Of a DNA stretch of 42,549 nt, positions 21,111-29,591 are shown one piece after another; the stretch's first letter is position 1, and each line of letters begins with the position of its first letter. The stretch is from a virus. Both the position numbers and the translations under genes were made by a program. The stretch is taken from IMG/VR virus record IMGVR_UViG_3300045988_103922; one strand, given 5' to 3'. A model generated the notes under the pieces. The model saw only the letters and a program-made list of their open reading frames with translations, was not told the origin of the DNA and ran no database searches.

Positions 21111-21469
21111 TAGTTCCTCGAGCCTCCCCGGACAATGATCTCATCCCGGCAATAATCATCGTCCGTGGAACATACGGCGATGCGGATCTCCAGTCCGTCG
21201 TTCTCGGGCTTCCTAGCCTCCTGTCTGGCCATGCGGAGCGCTTCGCGCTTCACGGTGCTGCCGTTATCAGAGGCGTAGTTGCTGCCGACCTGTACCGCCT
21301 GGCAATAATCATCGTCCGTGGAACACACGGCGATACGGACTTCCAGCCCGTCGTTCTCGGGCTTTTTGGCTTCCTGCCGGGCCATGCGGAGCGCTTCGCG
21401 CTTCACGGTGCTGCCGTTATCAGAGGCGTAGTTGCTGCCGACCTGTACCGCGTACCAATTCTTGCTCAT
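21110..21469 (-). CDS. Hypothetical protein built from two tandem 51-aa repeats
   Basis: AVQVGSNYASDNGSTVKREALRMARQEA(K/R)KPENDGLE(V/I)RIAVCSTDDDYC occurs twice. RBS GGGGAGAT. Confidence 0.7.
   Translation of the reverse strand: MSKNWYAVQVGSNYASDNGSTVKREALRMARQEAKKPENDGLEVRIAVCSTDDDYCQAVQVGSNYASDNGSTVKREALRMARQEARKPENDGLEIRIAVCSTDDDYCRDEIIVRGGSRN
21148..21453. repeat. 153-bp tandem duplication (2 copies) inside CDS 21110..21469
   Basis: There are 12 mismatches over 153 bp. The last 71 bp of each copy are identical. Confidence 0.9.
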
Positions 21470-21484
21470 GGTTCTATCTCCCCT

Positions 21485-21512
21485 GCCCGGCGGCTTTGTC
21501 CCGCCCGCGGCT
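21485..21512. repeat. Conserved leader element, copy B, in the 5' UTR of the leftward operon
   Basis: GCCCGGCGGCTTTGTCCCGCCCGCGGCT. A related GC hairpin, GCCCCGCCCGGCGGGGGC, lies at 20571-20588 upstream of the acidic gene. Confidence 0.85.
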
Positions 21513-21531
21513 CAATCTTGATTACGTGATT

Positions 21532-21560
21532 ATTATATATCATAAATGATAAATAGTCAA
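21532..21560 (-). promoter_or_regulatory. Near-consensus sigma-70 promoter for the leftward four-gene operon
   Basis: On the minus strand: TTGACT (21560-21555), a 17-nt spacer, TATAAT (21537-21532). It lies in the only AT-rich intergenic stretch here. Confidence 0.6.
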
Positions 21561-21675
21561 GCAGAATTTGAAAAAAAGTTCGAGAAATTTTTCCGGGGAG
21601 AAACGGGACGGGGAGATGTGCCACAATGGCCCTGTGGAAAACGCAGCGGAAACAACGGAGAGAGGGGGCCGGGAC

Positions 21676-22212
21676 ATGGCGGAGGAGCGGAACGCGGAAA
21701 AGCAGACGAAGAAGACGGCCAGAAGCAAGGCCCCGCCGAAGAAAAAGACGCGCTACCACTGGGGAAAAATCCGAACGGAATATGTGACCGGGGAGAAAAG
21801 CTACCGGGAGCTGGCGAAAAAGCACGGCGTGAGCATGAGCCAGCTGTCGGAGGTGGCCTCTAAAGAAGGCTGGGCGAAGCTGAGGGCGGAACACCGGGCC
21901 GAAACTGCCGCAAAAGCGGAACAGAAACTGAAGGAGCAGCAGGCCGGGGCGCTGGCGGACGAGCTGGAAGGCATCCGGAGGACGGCGCGGAACCTGAGCG
22001 CGGCCATCGAAAAAAAGAGCCTGGGCAAGCGGCTGGACTCCAAGAGCCTGCGGGAGCTGGTGAGCGCCACCAAGGATCTGGCGGCCATCCTGCGGGACGT
22101 GTTCGATCAGCCGAATTTGCTGAACCAGGCGAAGCTGGACAAGGAGACGGGCAAGGGGCCGGAGGCCGTGGAAGTCTTGCTGGACGAGGAGGCGGAAGAG
22201 CTGAGTGAGTGA
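21676..22212 (+). CDS. terS: Terminase small subunit
   Basis: The HTH is GEKSYRELAKKHGVSMSQLSEVASKEGW, followed by a coiled coil. It lies directly upstream of and overlapping terL. A start at 21568 is also possible. Confidence 0.6.
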   Translation: MAEERNAEKQTKKTARSKAPPKKKTRYHWGKIRTEYVTGEKSYRELAKKHGVSMSQLSEVASKEGWAKLRAEHRAETAAKAEQKLKEQQAGALADELEGIRRTARNLSAAIEKKSLGKRLDSKSLRELVSATKDLAAILRDVFDQPNLLNQAKLDKETGKGPEAVEVLLDEEAEELSE

Positions 22213-23608
22213 CGCGAAGATCCGGCTGGCGCTGGGACGGCCCAACGACCGCCAGCGGGAGGCGCTGAAGGAAAAGCACAAGTATATCGCCTTCGGCGGG
22301 GCGCGTGGCGGAGGGAAGAGCTGGTTTGTGGATTTTAAGGCCGTGGCGCTGTGCCTGCGCTACCCGGGGATCAAGATCCTGATCGTCCGCAAGACCTACG
22401 AGGAGCTGCGGCGGAACCACATCGACAAGCTGCGGGAGCAGGTGCCCAAGGCGGCGGCCAGCTACCACGACGGCAAAAAGGAGATGCGGTTTTGCACGGG
22501 CAGCACCATCAGCTTCGGGTACTGCGCCTGCGCCCGGGATCTGGACCGGTATCAGGGCCTGGAAGTGGACGTGCTGTTTGTGGACGAGGCGACGCAGTTT
22601 GACTTTGAGGTGTACACGCGATTAAAAGCCTGCGTCCGCGGCGTGAACGACTTTCCAAAGCGGATCTATCTGACGTGCAACCCGGGCGGCGTGGGCCATG
22701 GCTGGGTGAAGCGGCTGTTTGTGGACAGGGCCTTTGAGGAGGGCGAGGACGCGGAAGAATACGCGCCCATGATCCAGAGCCTGGTGACGGACAACGTGGC
22801 GCTGATGCGGGCGAACCCGGACTACCTCAAGCAGCTGGACAGCCTGCCGCCGAAGCTGAAGGCCGCGTGGCGGTACGGGGATTGGAACGTGTTCGAGGGG
22901 CAGTTCTTCGAGGAGTTTGTCAACAACCCTTCGGCGGAGGGGAACCGCTGGACGCACGTCATCCATCCCTTTGCCATCCCCAAGGGCTGGCGCATCTACC
23001 GCAGCTACGACTACGGCTACCGGCGGCCCTTCAGCTGCGGCTGGTGGGCGGTGGATCACGACGGGTGCTACTACCGCATTTTGGAGTACTACGGCTGGAA
23101 CGGGCAGCCCAACGAGGGCGCGAAGCTCCCGGCGCACAAGCAGTTTGAAGAGATCGCCCGCATTGAGCGGGAGCACCCGTGGCTGGCCGGGCGGGAGATC
23201 ACCGGCGTGGCAGACCCGGCCATCTGGGGCGACGGAGACGGAGCGCCCAGCACGGCGGACATTGCGGCGAAGTACCACGTGTATTTTGAAAAGGGACGGC
23301 ACGACCGCATCAACGGCTGGATGCAGGTGCATTACCGGCTGGCCTTTAACGAGGACGGCTACCCGATGATGTATGTGTTTGATAACTGCGCGGCATTTAT
23401 CCGCACCATCCCCCTGATGGTGTACGACGAGCATGTGCCGGAGGACCTGGACAGCAGCCTGGAAGACCACGTGGCGGACGAGGTGCGGTACTTTTGTATG
23501 CTCAACCCCATGGCTCCGCCGAAATATGCGAAACCGAAGCAGCGGGTGTACAGTCCGCTGGACGTGTACGACACGGATCACCTAAACGAGGGCGCGAGCC
23601 TGTACTGA
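22205..23608 (+). CDS. terL: Terminase large subunit
   Basis: Walker A is FGGARGGGKS and Walker B is VDVLFVDEA. A C-terminal nuclease region is present. GTG start overlapping the terS stop. Confidence 0.92.
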   Translation: MSDAKIRLALGRPNDRQREALKEKHKYIAFGGARGGGKSWFVDFKAVALCLRYPGIKILIVRKTYEELRRNHIDKLREQVPKAAASYHDGKKEMRFCTGSTISFGYCACARDLDRYQGLEVDVLFVDEATQFDFEVYTRLKACVRGVNDFPKRIYLTCNPGGVGHGWVKRLFVDRAFEEGEDAEEYAPMIQSLVTDNVALMRANPDYLKQLDSLPPKLKAAWRYGDWNVFEGQFFEEFVNNPSAEGNRWTHVIHPFAIPKGWRIYRSYDYGYRRPFSCGWWAVDHDGCYYRILEYYGWNGQPNEGAKLPAHKQFEEIARIEREHPWLAGREITGVADPAIWGDGDGAPSTADIAAKYHVYFEKGRHDRINGWMQVHYRLAFNEDGYPMMYVFDNCAAFIRTIPLMVYDEHVPEDLDSSLEDHVADEVRYFCMLNPMAPPKYAKPKQRVYSPLDVYDTDHLNEGASLY

Positions 23609-23624
23609 TGGGAGGAACAGGGAT

Positions 23625-25859
23625 ATGGCGAGGAACAGGGAAGAAAACGAGAGAACGCAGGGAAAGGGAAGGTTCTCCACCCGAAGCGAACGAGACCCGC
23701 AGGAAGAAAAGGCGGGCGGGATGCAGCCCGGTACTGGCGCGGACGAGGTGGCGGCCCGGAAGGCGGAAATGGACGCCATGATGCAGCAGCGCCAGGCGGA
23801 GGAATCGGCCCAGATCGAGAAAGAGGTGACCCAGAGCCGCCCGCCGGAGGGCGCAGAGAAAAGCGGCGAACCCATGCAGAGGCCCGAAAGGGTGAGCGAA
23901 GCGGAGCGGGGCTGGCCGCAAGAGGAGCAACAGACCGGCGGCATGAGCCTGGCGGAGGCGCTACCGGAGGAAGAATACCCGGGCCGGGTGGGGCCCATCG
24001 GGCGTGAGGAGATCGCGGAGGCAGACCGGCTTTTGCAGAAGTACAAGGCGGCCAAGACGATGCTGGAAGCCCGGGCCGTGGAAAACGAGGAGTTTTTTAA
24101 GATGCGGCACTGGGAGAGCATCGACGCGGCCAAGCGGCGGAACCCCACCGACCCGGAACCGGCCAGCGCGTGGCTCTTAAACTGCCTGATCAACAAGCAC
24201 GCGGACGCCATGGACAACTTCCCGGCCCCAAACGTGCTGCCACGGGAAAAAAGCGACGAGGAGGCGGCCAAGAGCCTGAGCGCGGTGCTGCCAGCCGTGC
24301 TGGAAGAATGCCAGTACGAGGAGCTGTACTCGGACGCGTGGTGGGACAAGCTGAAGCTGGGCACCAGCATCAAGGGAATCTTCTGGGAACCCAGCAAGCA
24401 GAACGGGCTGGGCGACGTGGACATCCGGCTGATCGACGTGCTGAATATTTTCTGGGAGCCGGGCGTGACGGACATCCAGAAAAGCCGGAACGTGTTCCAC
24501 GTGGATCTGATGGACCGGGAAGAAGCCATGGAGCGATACCCCTTCCTGAAGGACGCCATGCGCAGCGGGAGCTTTGACCTGACGAAATACCGCTACGACG
24601 ACACAGTGGACACCACGGACAAGGTGCTGCTGGTGGACTGGTACTACAAGCGGCGGAACCCGGGCGGACAAACAGTGCTGCACTACTGCAAGTACTGCGC
24701 GGGCGAGCTGATCTACGCCAGCGAGAACGACGAGGCCTACGCGGAGCGGGGCTACTACGACCACGGGCGATACCCCTTTGTGTTCGACAGCCTGTTCCCG
24801 GTCAAGGGAACGCCGGTGAGCTTTGGCTATCTGGACATCTGCAAGCACCCGCAGCTGTACATTGACAAGCTGGATCAGGGCATTCTCAAGCACGCGGTGC
24901 TCAACGGGCGGCCCCGGTATTTCATGCGCAAGGACAGCGGCATCAACGAGCGGGAATTTGCCGACTTACAGAAGGACATCGTGCATTATGAGGGCGCGGG
25001 CAACCCCAACGACGCCATCATGCCCATCACGCCGCCCGCCATGGACGGAAACGTGACCAACGTAAAACAGCTGAAGATCGACGAGCTGAAGGAAGTGAGC
25101 GGCAACCGGGACTTCCAGCAGGGCAGCACTGCCAGCGGCGTGACGGCGGCCAGCGCCATCTCCGCCCTGCAGGAGGCGGGCAGCAAGGGCGCGCGGGACA
25201 TGATCAAGGCCAGCTACCGCAGCTTTGTGCAGGAGTGCTACCTGGTGATCGAGCTGATGCGGCAGTTTTACACGGAGGAGCGGTACTTCCGGGTGGCGGG
25301 CGAGGAGGGCGACGAGTATGTGAGCTTTTCCAACGCCCAGATCGCGCCCCAGCAGACGGAGCAGCCCTTCGGCGGAGGGATGAGCGAGCGGCTGCCGGTG
25401 TTTGACATCAAGGTCAGCCCCCAGAAAAGCAGCCCCTTTTCCACCGTGGCCCAGAACGAGCGGGCGAAGGATCTGTACAGCATGGGCTTCTTCCGGCCCG
25501 ACATGGCGGATCAGGCGCTGGCGGCGCTGGAAATGATGCAGTTTGACGACATCGACAAGGTGCGCCGCACCATCCGCCAGAACGGCACCATGTACCAGCA
25601 GATGCAGCAGATGATGCAGCTGGCTATGGCCATGGCCCAGCAGCTGGACGCTATGGAGGGCGGCATGAACCAGTACGCCCTGCAGGTGCAGCAGGTGGTG
25701 CAGCAGGTGAGCGGCGGGCTGACCAGCACCCCCAGCGGCGGAGGCGACGACAACGCCATGCGGGTGGACGCGCTGGGCGCGGCGTACAACATGAGCAAAA
25801 ACCAGACGGCGGCGGCGGCCCGGAACGAGGCGGCCAGCCAGTCCACGCCCAGAGCGTAA
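23625..25859 (+). CDS. Portal protein
   Basis: It is 744 aa, lies immediately after terL, and has charged N- and C-terminal extensions. RBS GGGAGGA. Confidence 0.8.
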   Translation: MARNREENERTQGKGRFSTRSERDPQEEKAGGMQPGTGADEVAARKAEMDAMMQQRQAEESAQIEKEVTQSRPPEGAEKSGEPMQRPERVSEAERGWPQEEQQTGGMSLAEALPEEEYPGRVGPIGREEIAEADRLLQKYKAAKTMLEARAVENEEFFKMRHWESIDAAKRRNPTDPEPASAWLLNCLINKHADAMDNFPAPNVLPREKSDEEAAKSLSAVLPAVLEECQYEELYSDAWWDKLKLGTSIKGIFWEPSKQNGLGDVDIRLIDVLNIFWEPGVTDIQKSRNVFHVDLMDREEAMERYPFLKDAMRSGSFDLTKYRYDDTVDTTDKVLLVDWYYKRRNPGGQTVLHYCKYCAGELIYASENDEAYAERGYYDHGRYPFVFDSLFPVKGTPVSFGYLDICKHPQLYIDKLDQGILKHAVLNGRPRYFMRKDSGINEREFADLQKDIVHYEGAGNPNDAIMPITPPAMDGNVTNVKQLKIDELKEVSGNRDFQQGSTASGVTAASAISALQEAGSKGARDMIKASYRSFVQECYLVIELMRQFYTEERYFRVAGEEGDEYVSFSNAQIAPQQTEQPFGGGMSERLPVFDIKVSPQKSSPFSTVAQNERAKDLYSMGFFRPDMADQALAALEMMQFDDIDKVRRTIRQNGTMYQQMQQMMQLAMAMAQQLDAMEGGMNQYALQVQQVVQQVSGGLTSTPSGGGDDNAMRVDALGAAYNMSKNQTAAAARNEAASQSTPRA

Positions 25860-25869
25860 GGAGAAAGGC

Positions 25870-26202
25870 ATGGTAGAGATCACAGTCAAGGTGAGCGAGG
25901 ACGGATTTGGGATCCGCTGCAAGGGACACGCCAGCGACAGCCGGGTATGCGCAGCGGTGAGCATGTTGGAACAGGCAGTGACCCAGGCGGCGTACTGGGA
26001 GGAGAGCTGCCTGGTGCGCTACGGCCCGGGCGTGATGGAGGAATTGAACGGTGAATTTTGGGCGAATGTGCGCTACGGAGACGAGACCGACCGCCGGAAG
26101 ATGGCGGGCATGGCGGCGGTGGCCGTGGCGGGATTTGAGCTTTTGCAGTACCGCTACCCGGACGAAGTGAGGGTAGTGAGGGTGCGAAGCACCGAGCCGT
26201 GA
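25870..26202 (+). CDS. Prp-like (DUF464) cysteine protease
   Basis: KGHASDSRVCAAVSMLEQA matches the GHA...VCAavS catalytic His/Cys signature of the ribosomal-processing protease Prp. It lies between portal and scaffold. Confidence 0.75.
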   Translation: MVEITVKVSEDGFGIRCKGHASDSRVCAAVSMLEQAVTQAAYWEESCLVRYGPGVMEELNGEFWANVRYGDETDRRKMAGMAAVAVAGFELLQYRYPDEVRVVRVRSTEP

Positions 26203-26362
26203 GGACGTGCAAGGGCACCCGCAACGGCGAAGCCCGCGACGCGAAGCGGGGCGGGCCGATAAAGAAGCGGGGAGAAAAGAAAAACGGTTTTTGATAGCAT
26301 AAGTCCAGACACACCGGAAAGACGGTAGACGACGCGCCGGAGAGACGGCAGAGGAGAAGCAT

Positions 26363-27247
26363 ATGAACGAGCTGTTTTTGGTGAACCTTGGGATCCACGA
26401 CGGAGAAGGCGGCGGAGGAACTGCGGGAGCGGCTGCCGGAAGTGCGGAAAGCGCGGGGACGCCCGCGGGAACGGAAGCGGCAGGGCAGGAAGCCCAGCAG
26501 GGAGCCGACGACCGGGCGGAATTTGAGCGCCTGATCAAGGGCCAGTACAAAGCCTACTACGACGAAAAGGTGCAGGGGCACATCAAAGAACGGTTCAAGG
26601 CCAGCAAGCAGGCGGAAGCGCGGATGCAGAAGACCATCGACGGGATGCAGCCGGTGATGCAGATGCTGGCGGAAAAGTACCACGCAGACCCGGGGGACGT
26701 GGAAGCCATTTCCAAGGCCATCCAGGAGGACAGCAGCTACTACGAGGACGAGGCCGCCGAGCGCGGCATGAGCGTGGAGCAGCTGAAGGAGTTCAAACGG
26801 ATCAGCCGGGAGAACGCGGCCCTTCGTGCGGCGGAGGAGCAGCGGCAGGAGAAGGCGGGCCAGCAGGAGGCCATGCTGCGCTGGCAGCAGCAGAGCGAGA
26901 CCGTGGCCCAGAAATACCCGGGATTCCAGGGGCTGGAAGAAGAAGCCAACGACCCTGTGACGGGCGAGCGGTTTTTGCAGCTGCTGTCGTCCGGCATTGA
27001 CGTGGAGAACGCCTACAAGGTAGTGCACATGGACGACCTGATCTCCGGTGCGCTGGAATACGGAGTGAACAAGGCGCGGCAGGACACGGTGCAGACCATC
27101 AAGGCCCGGGGGATGCGGCCCAGCGAAAACGGGGCCAGCGGAACCGGCGCGGCGGTGCAGCACAAGGACGTGGCCAGCCTGACCAAAGACGAGCGGGCGC
27201 AGCTGATGAAGCGGGCGCTCAGAGGTGAAAGCATCGACTTGAAGTGA
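26363..27247 (+). CDS. Scaffolding protein
   Basis: It is alpha-helical and charged, lies before the capsid gene, and has the N-terminal VNLGIHD motif. Confidence 0.65.
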   Translation: MNELFLVNLGIHDGEGGGGTAGAAAGSAESAGTPAGTEAAGQEAQQGADDRAEFERLIKGQYKAYYDEKVQGHIKERFKASKQAEARMQKTIDGMQPVMQMLAEKYHADPGDVEAISKAIQEDSSYYEDEAAERGMSVEQLKEFKRISRENAALRAAEEQRQEKAGQQEAMLRWQQQSETVAQKYPGFQGLEEEANDPVTGERFLQLLSSGIDVENAYKVVHMDDLISGALEYGVNKARQDTVQTIKARGMRPSENGASGTGAAVQHKDVASLTKDERAQLMKRALRGESIDLK

Positions 27248-27372
27248 ACAGGCGTTCGGCCAATGGCCGCCCGCCTATCGAAGACCCATGCGGGCGGCGC
27301 TCGCTATGGAACGGGGAACCCAAACCCCATTCCTGCGCTCGCTGCAGCCCATAGTGAGAAGGAGGAACGAAC

Positions 27373-28695
27373 ATGGATATGATCTACAAGCAGTACATGA
27401 ACATGCTCCCGCTGAACCTGCGGGTGCATGACAACACCAACGTGACCACCGACGCGGGCCTGTCCGCCGAAATGAAGACGTATTACCATGATACGCTCAT
27501 CGACATGGCGGAGCCCAAGCTGGTGTATGACACCTTCGGCCAGAAGGTGCCAATCCCCAAGGGCAAGGGCAAGGTGGTGGAGTTCCGCAAGTTCGGCACC
27601 CTGCCCAAGGCGCTGACCCAGCTGGTGGAAGGCGTGACCCCCGTGGGCCGCAAGATGAACGTGAGCGTCATCACCAGCGAGGTGAAGCAGTTCGGTGACT
27701 ACATCGAGTACAGCGACATTCTGCAGATGACCACCATCGACCCCATCGTGGCCCAGGGCATGAAGATGCAGGGCGGCCAGGCGGGCCGCACCAGCGACAC
27801 CATCACCCGGGATATCCTGATGGCGGGCACCAACAAGATGTTCGTGCCCAGCGTGGTGAACGGCGTGGAAACGGAAGTGCTGGCCCGCGCGGACGTGAAG
27901 GCCGACAGCTGCGAGCTGACCGCCGATCAGGTGCTGCTGGGGCTGGGCCGCCTGAAGCGCATGAACGCCGAGCCTGCGGAGGACGGCGCGTATGTGTGCA
28001 TCATCCACAGCGACGTGGCGACGGACCTTGCCCGTAGCAAGGACTGGAAGGACTGGAACGCCTACACCAGCCCGGAGAAGCGCTTCCCCGGCGAGATCGG
28101 ACGCATCGGCGACGTGCGGTTTGTGCAGAGCACGGAAGCGAAGATCATCGGCCCCGGCTGGATCTTTGGAAATGAAAACAGCGGCGGCGTGTGCCGCCTG
28201 ACCCTGAAAACCGCCCTGACCAGCAGCGGCAGCACAGACATCGTGGTGAACGAGACCATCACGGCGGCCCAGGCCAAGGAGCTGACCGACCGCATCAGCG
28301 GCGGCGAGACCGTGAAGATCTACGTGGGCGGCAAGGAGGCCACCGTGGCCAGCGTGACCGCCGGTGCGGGCACGGGCAAGTTTGTGGTATCCGCCGCCGT
28401 GACCGACGTGGCCGCAGGCGCGACCGTGTGCGGCGTTGGCGCGGGCAAGGACGGCAGCGCCATCTACTGCAGCCTGCTGGTGGGCGCGAACGCCTACGGC
28501 GTGACCGAGCTTTCCGGCATGGGCCTGGAATACATCGTGAAGCAGCTGGGCAGTGCTGGCAGCGCCGACCCCCTGAACCAGCGTTCTACCACGGGCTGGA
28601 AGCTGACCAAGACCGCCGAGCGGCTGGTGGAGGAGTACATGATCCGCATCGAGCACAGCAGCCGGAGCTTCGGCAAGGTGGCTGTGAGCAACTGA
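27373..28695 (+). CDS. Major capsid protein (HK97 fold, N4-gp56-like family)
   Basis: It is 440 aa with the pattern KVVEFRKFGTLPKA...LVEGVTP...QFGDYIEYSD, and it follows the scaffold gene. Confidence 0.85.
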   Translation: MDMIYKQYMNMLPLNLRVHDNTNVTTDAGLSAEMKTYYHDTLIDMAEPKLVYDTFGQKVPIPKGKGKVVEFRKFGTLPKALTQLVEGVTPVGRKMNVSVITSEVKQFGDYIEYSDILQMTTIDPIVAQGMKMQGGQAGRTSDTITRDILMAGTNKMFVPSVVNGVETEVLARADVKADSCELTADQVLLGLGRLKRMNAEPAEDGAYVCIIHSDVATDLARSKDWKDWNAYTSPEKRFPGEIGRIGDVRFVQSTEAKIIGPGWIFGNENSGGVCRLTLKTALTSSGSTDIVVNETITAAQAKELTDRISGGETVKIYVGGKEATVASVTAGAGTGKFVVSAAVTDVAAGATVCGVGAGKDGSAIYCSLLVGANAYGVTELSGMGLEYIVKQLGSAGSADPLNQRSTTGWKLTKTAERLVEEYMIRIEHSSRSFGKVAVSN

Positions 28696-28700
28696 GGGAC

Positions 28701-28724
28701 GGGGCGCAAGCCCCTTCCCCTTTG
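28701..28724 (+). terminator. Weak terminator or attenuator hairpin after the capsid gene
   Basis: GGGGC-GCAA-GCCCC is followed by TTCCCCTTT. Confidence 0.35.
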
Positions 28725-28743
28725 ACGAGAAGGGAGAAAAACC

Positions 28744-29106
28744 ATGGCGGAGACCGATCTGAAAAAACTGACGAAGGACGAGCTGATCGCACTGGCGGAG
28801 GAACAGGCCGCAAAGCTGGCCGCGGCGGAGGAACAGACCGCATCCGCAGCGCCCCAGCCCGCCGACCCGGAACTGAAAAGCCAGATGGTGCGCATCCGCA
28901 TCCACAGGAGCCGGACGAACAACGCGCCGGTGTATGTAGCGCTGAACGACTACAACGCCATGATCCCACGGGGCGTAGAGGTGAGCGTGCCCAAGTACGT
29001 GTACCTGCACCTGCAGGAGTGCCTGGACGCGGACGAGGCGGCGGCGCTGAAGCTGGATCAGATGCAGGAAGAATTTGCGGCGCGGACGAGATCGTATTTC
29101 GGCTGA
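28744..29106 (+). CDS. Head-associated protein of unknown role
   Basis: It has an N-terminal Rho_N/SAP-like segment LKKLTKDELIALAEEQ and follows the MCP gene. Confidence 0.55.
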   Translation: MAETDLKKLTKDELIALAEEQAAKLAAAEEQTASAAPQPADPELKSQMVRIRIHRSRTNNAPVYVALNDYNAMIPRGVEVSVPKYVYLHLQECLDADEAAALKLDQMQEEFAARTRSYFG

Positions 29107-29206
29107 AACATTGCGCCACGGCGGCGGGTGCCTTAAAGGCGCTCGCCGTTTTTTGTTTGTTCACACGTCCGGCAATGCCGTCCGTGTATGGATGGAGGGA
29201 AACAGG

Positions 29207-29578
29207 ATGGACATGAATGTGCTGATCGAGCGGGTGCGGCAGCTGAAGCCCAACAGCTACCCGGAGGAGATGCTGAAGGGATGGGCGCTGGAACTGGAAG
29301 CCAGGGTGCGGCAGGAGGTGTACCAGGACTACGACCGGCCGGAAGCAAGGAGCGCGGCGACGGAAGGGCTCTGGGTGGAGGAAGGCATGGACGAGCTGAC
29401 GGTGCCATTCCCCCACGACGAGCTGTACGTGCTGTGGCTGTGCGCGAAGATCGACTTTTACAACGGAGAATACGACCGGTACAACAACGAAATGACGCTG
29501 TTCAACAGCCAGATGGAGAACTTCTGCGGGTGGTTTACGCGGACGCACTGGCATCCGCCGGTGAACCTGCTGATGTAA
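29207..29578 (+). CDS. Putative head-tail adaptor/connector protein
   Basis: Internal ATG with RBS GGAGGGA. It is 123 aa; the call rests on position only. Confidence 0.5.
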   Translation: MDMNVLIERVRQLKPNSYPEEMLKGWALELEARVRQEVYQDYDRPEARSAATEGLWVEEGMDELTVPFPHDELYVLWLCAKIDFYNGEYDRYNNEMTLFNSQMENFCGWFTRTHWHPPVNLLM

Positions 29579-29591
29579 GGAGGCGGCGAGG

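Noticed and set aside
21516-21523. TCTTGATT resembles the CTTGATA nick site of pC194/phiX174-type Rep proteins
   Set aside because: Only a 6-nt match is present, which is expected by chance many times in 42 kb. It lies 2.2 kb from the rep gene and inside promoter sequence. It is not strong enough to call an origin.
21568-21675. The longer TerS start at 21568
   Set aside because: That ATG sits in the AT-rich promoter gap without a clear RBS. The ATG at 21676 is preceded by GAGAGGGGG. The choice remains uncertain and both are noted.
27266-27298. A 9-bp perfect inverted repeat, GCCGCCCGC...GCGGGCGGC, between the scaffold and capsid genes considered as a terminator
   Set aside because: It has a 15-nt loop and no downstream T-run. 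It may be an RNA processing or stability element, but I have no basis to call it.
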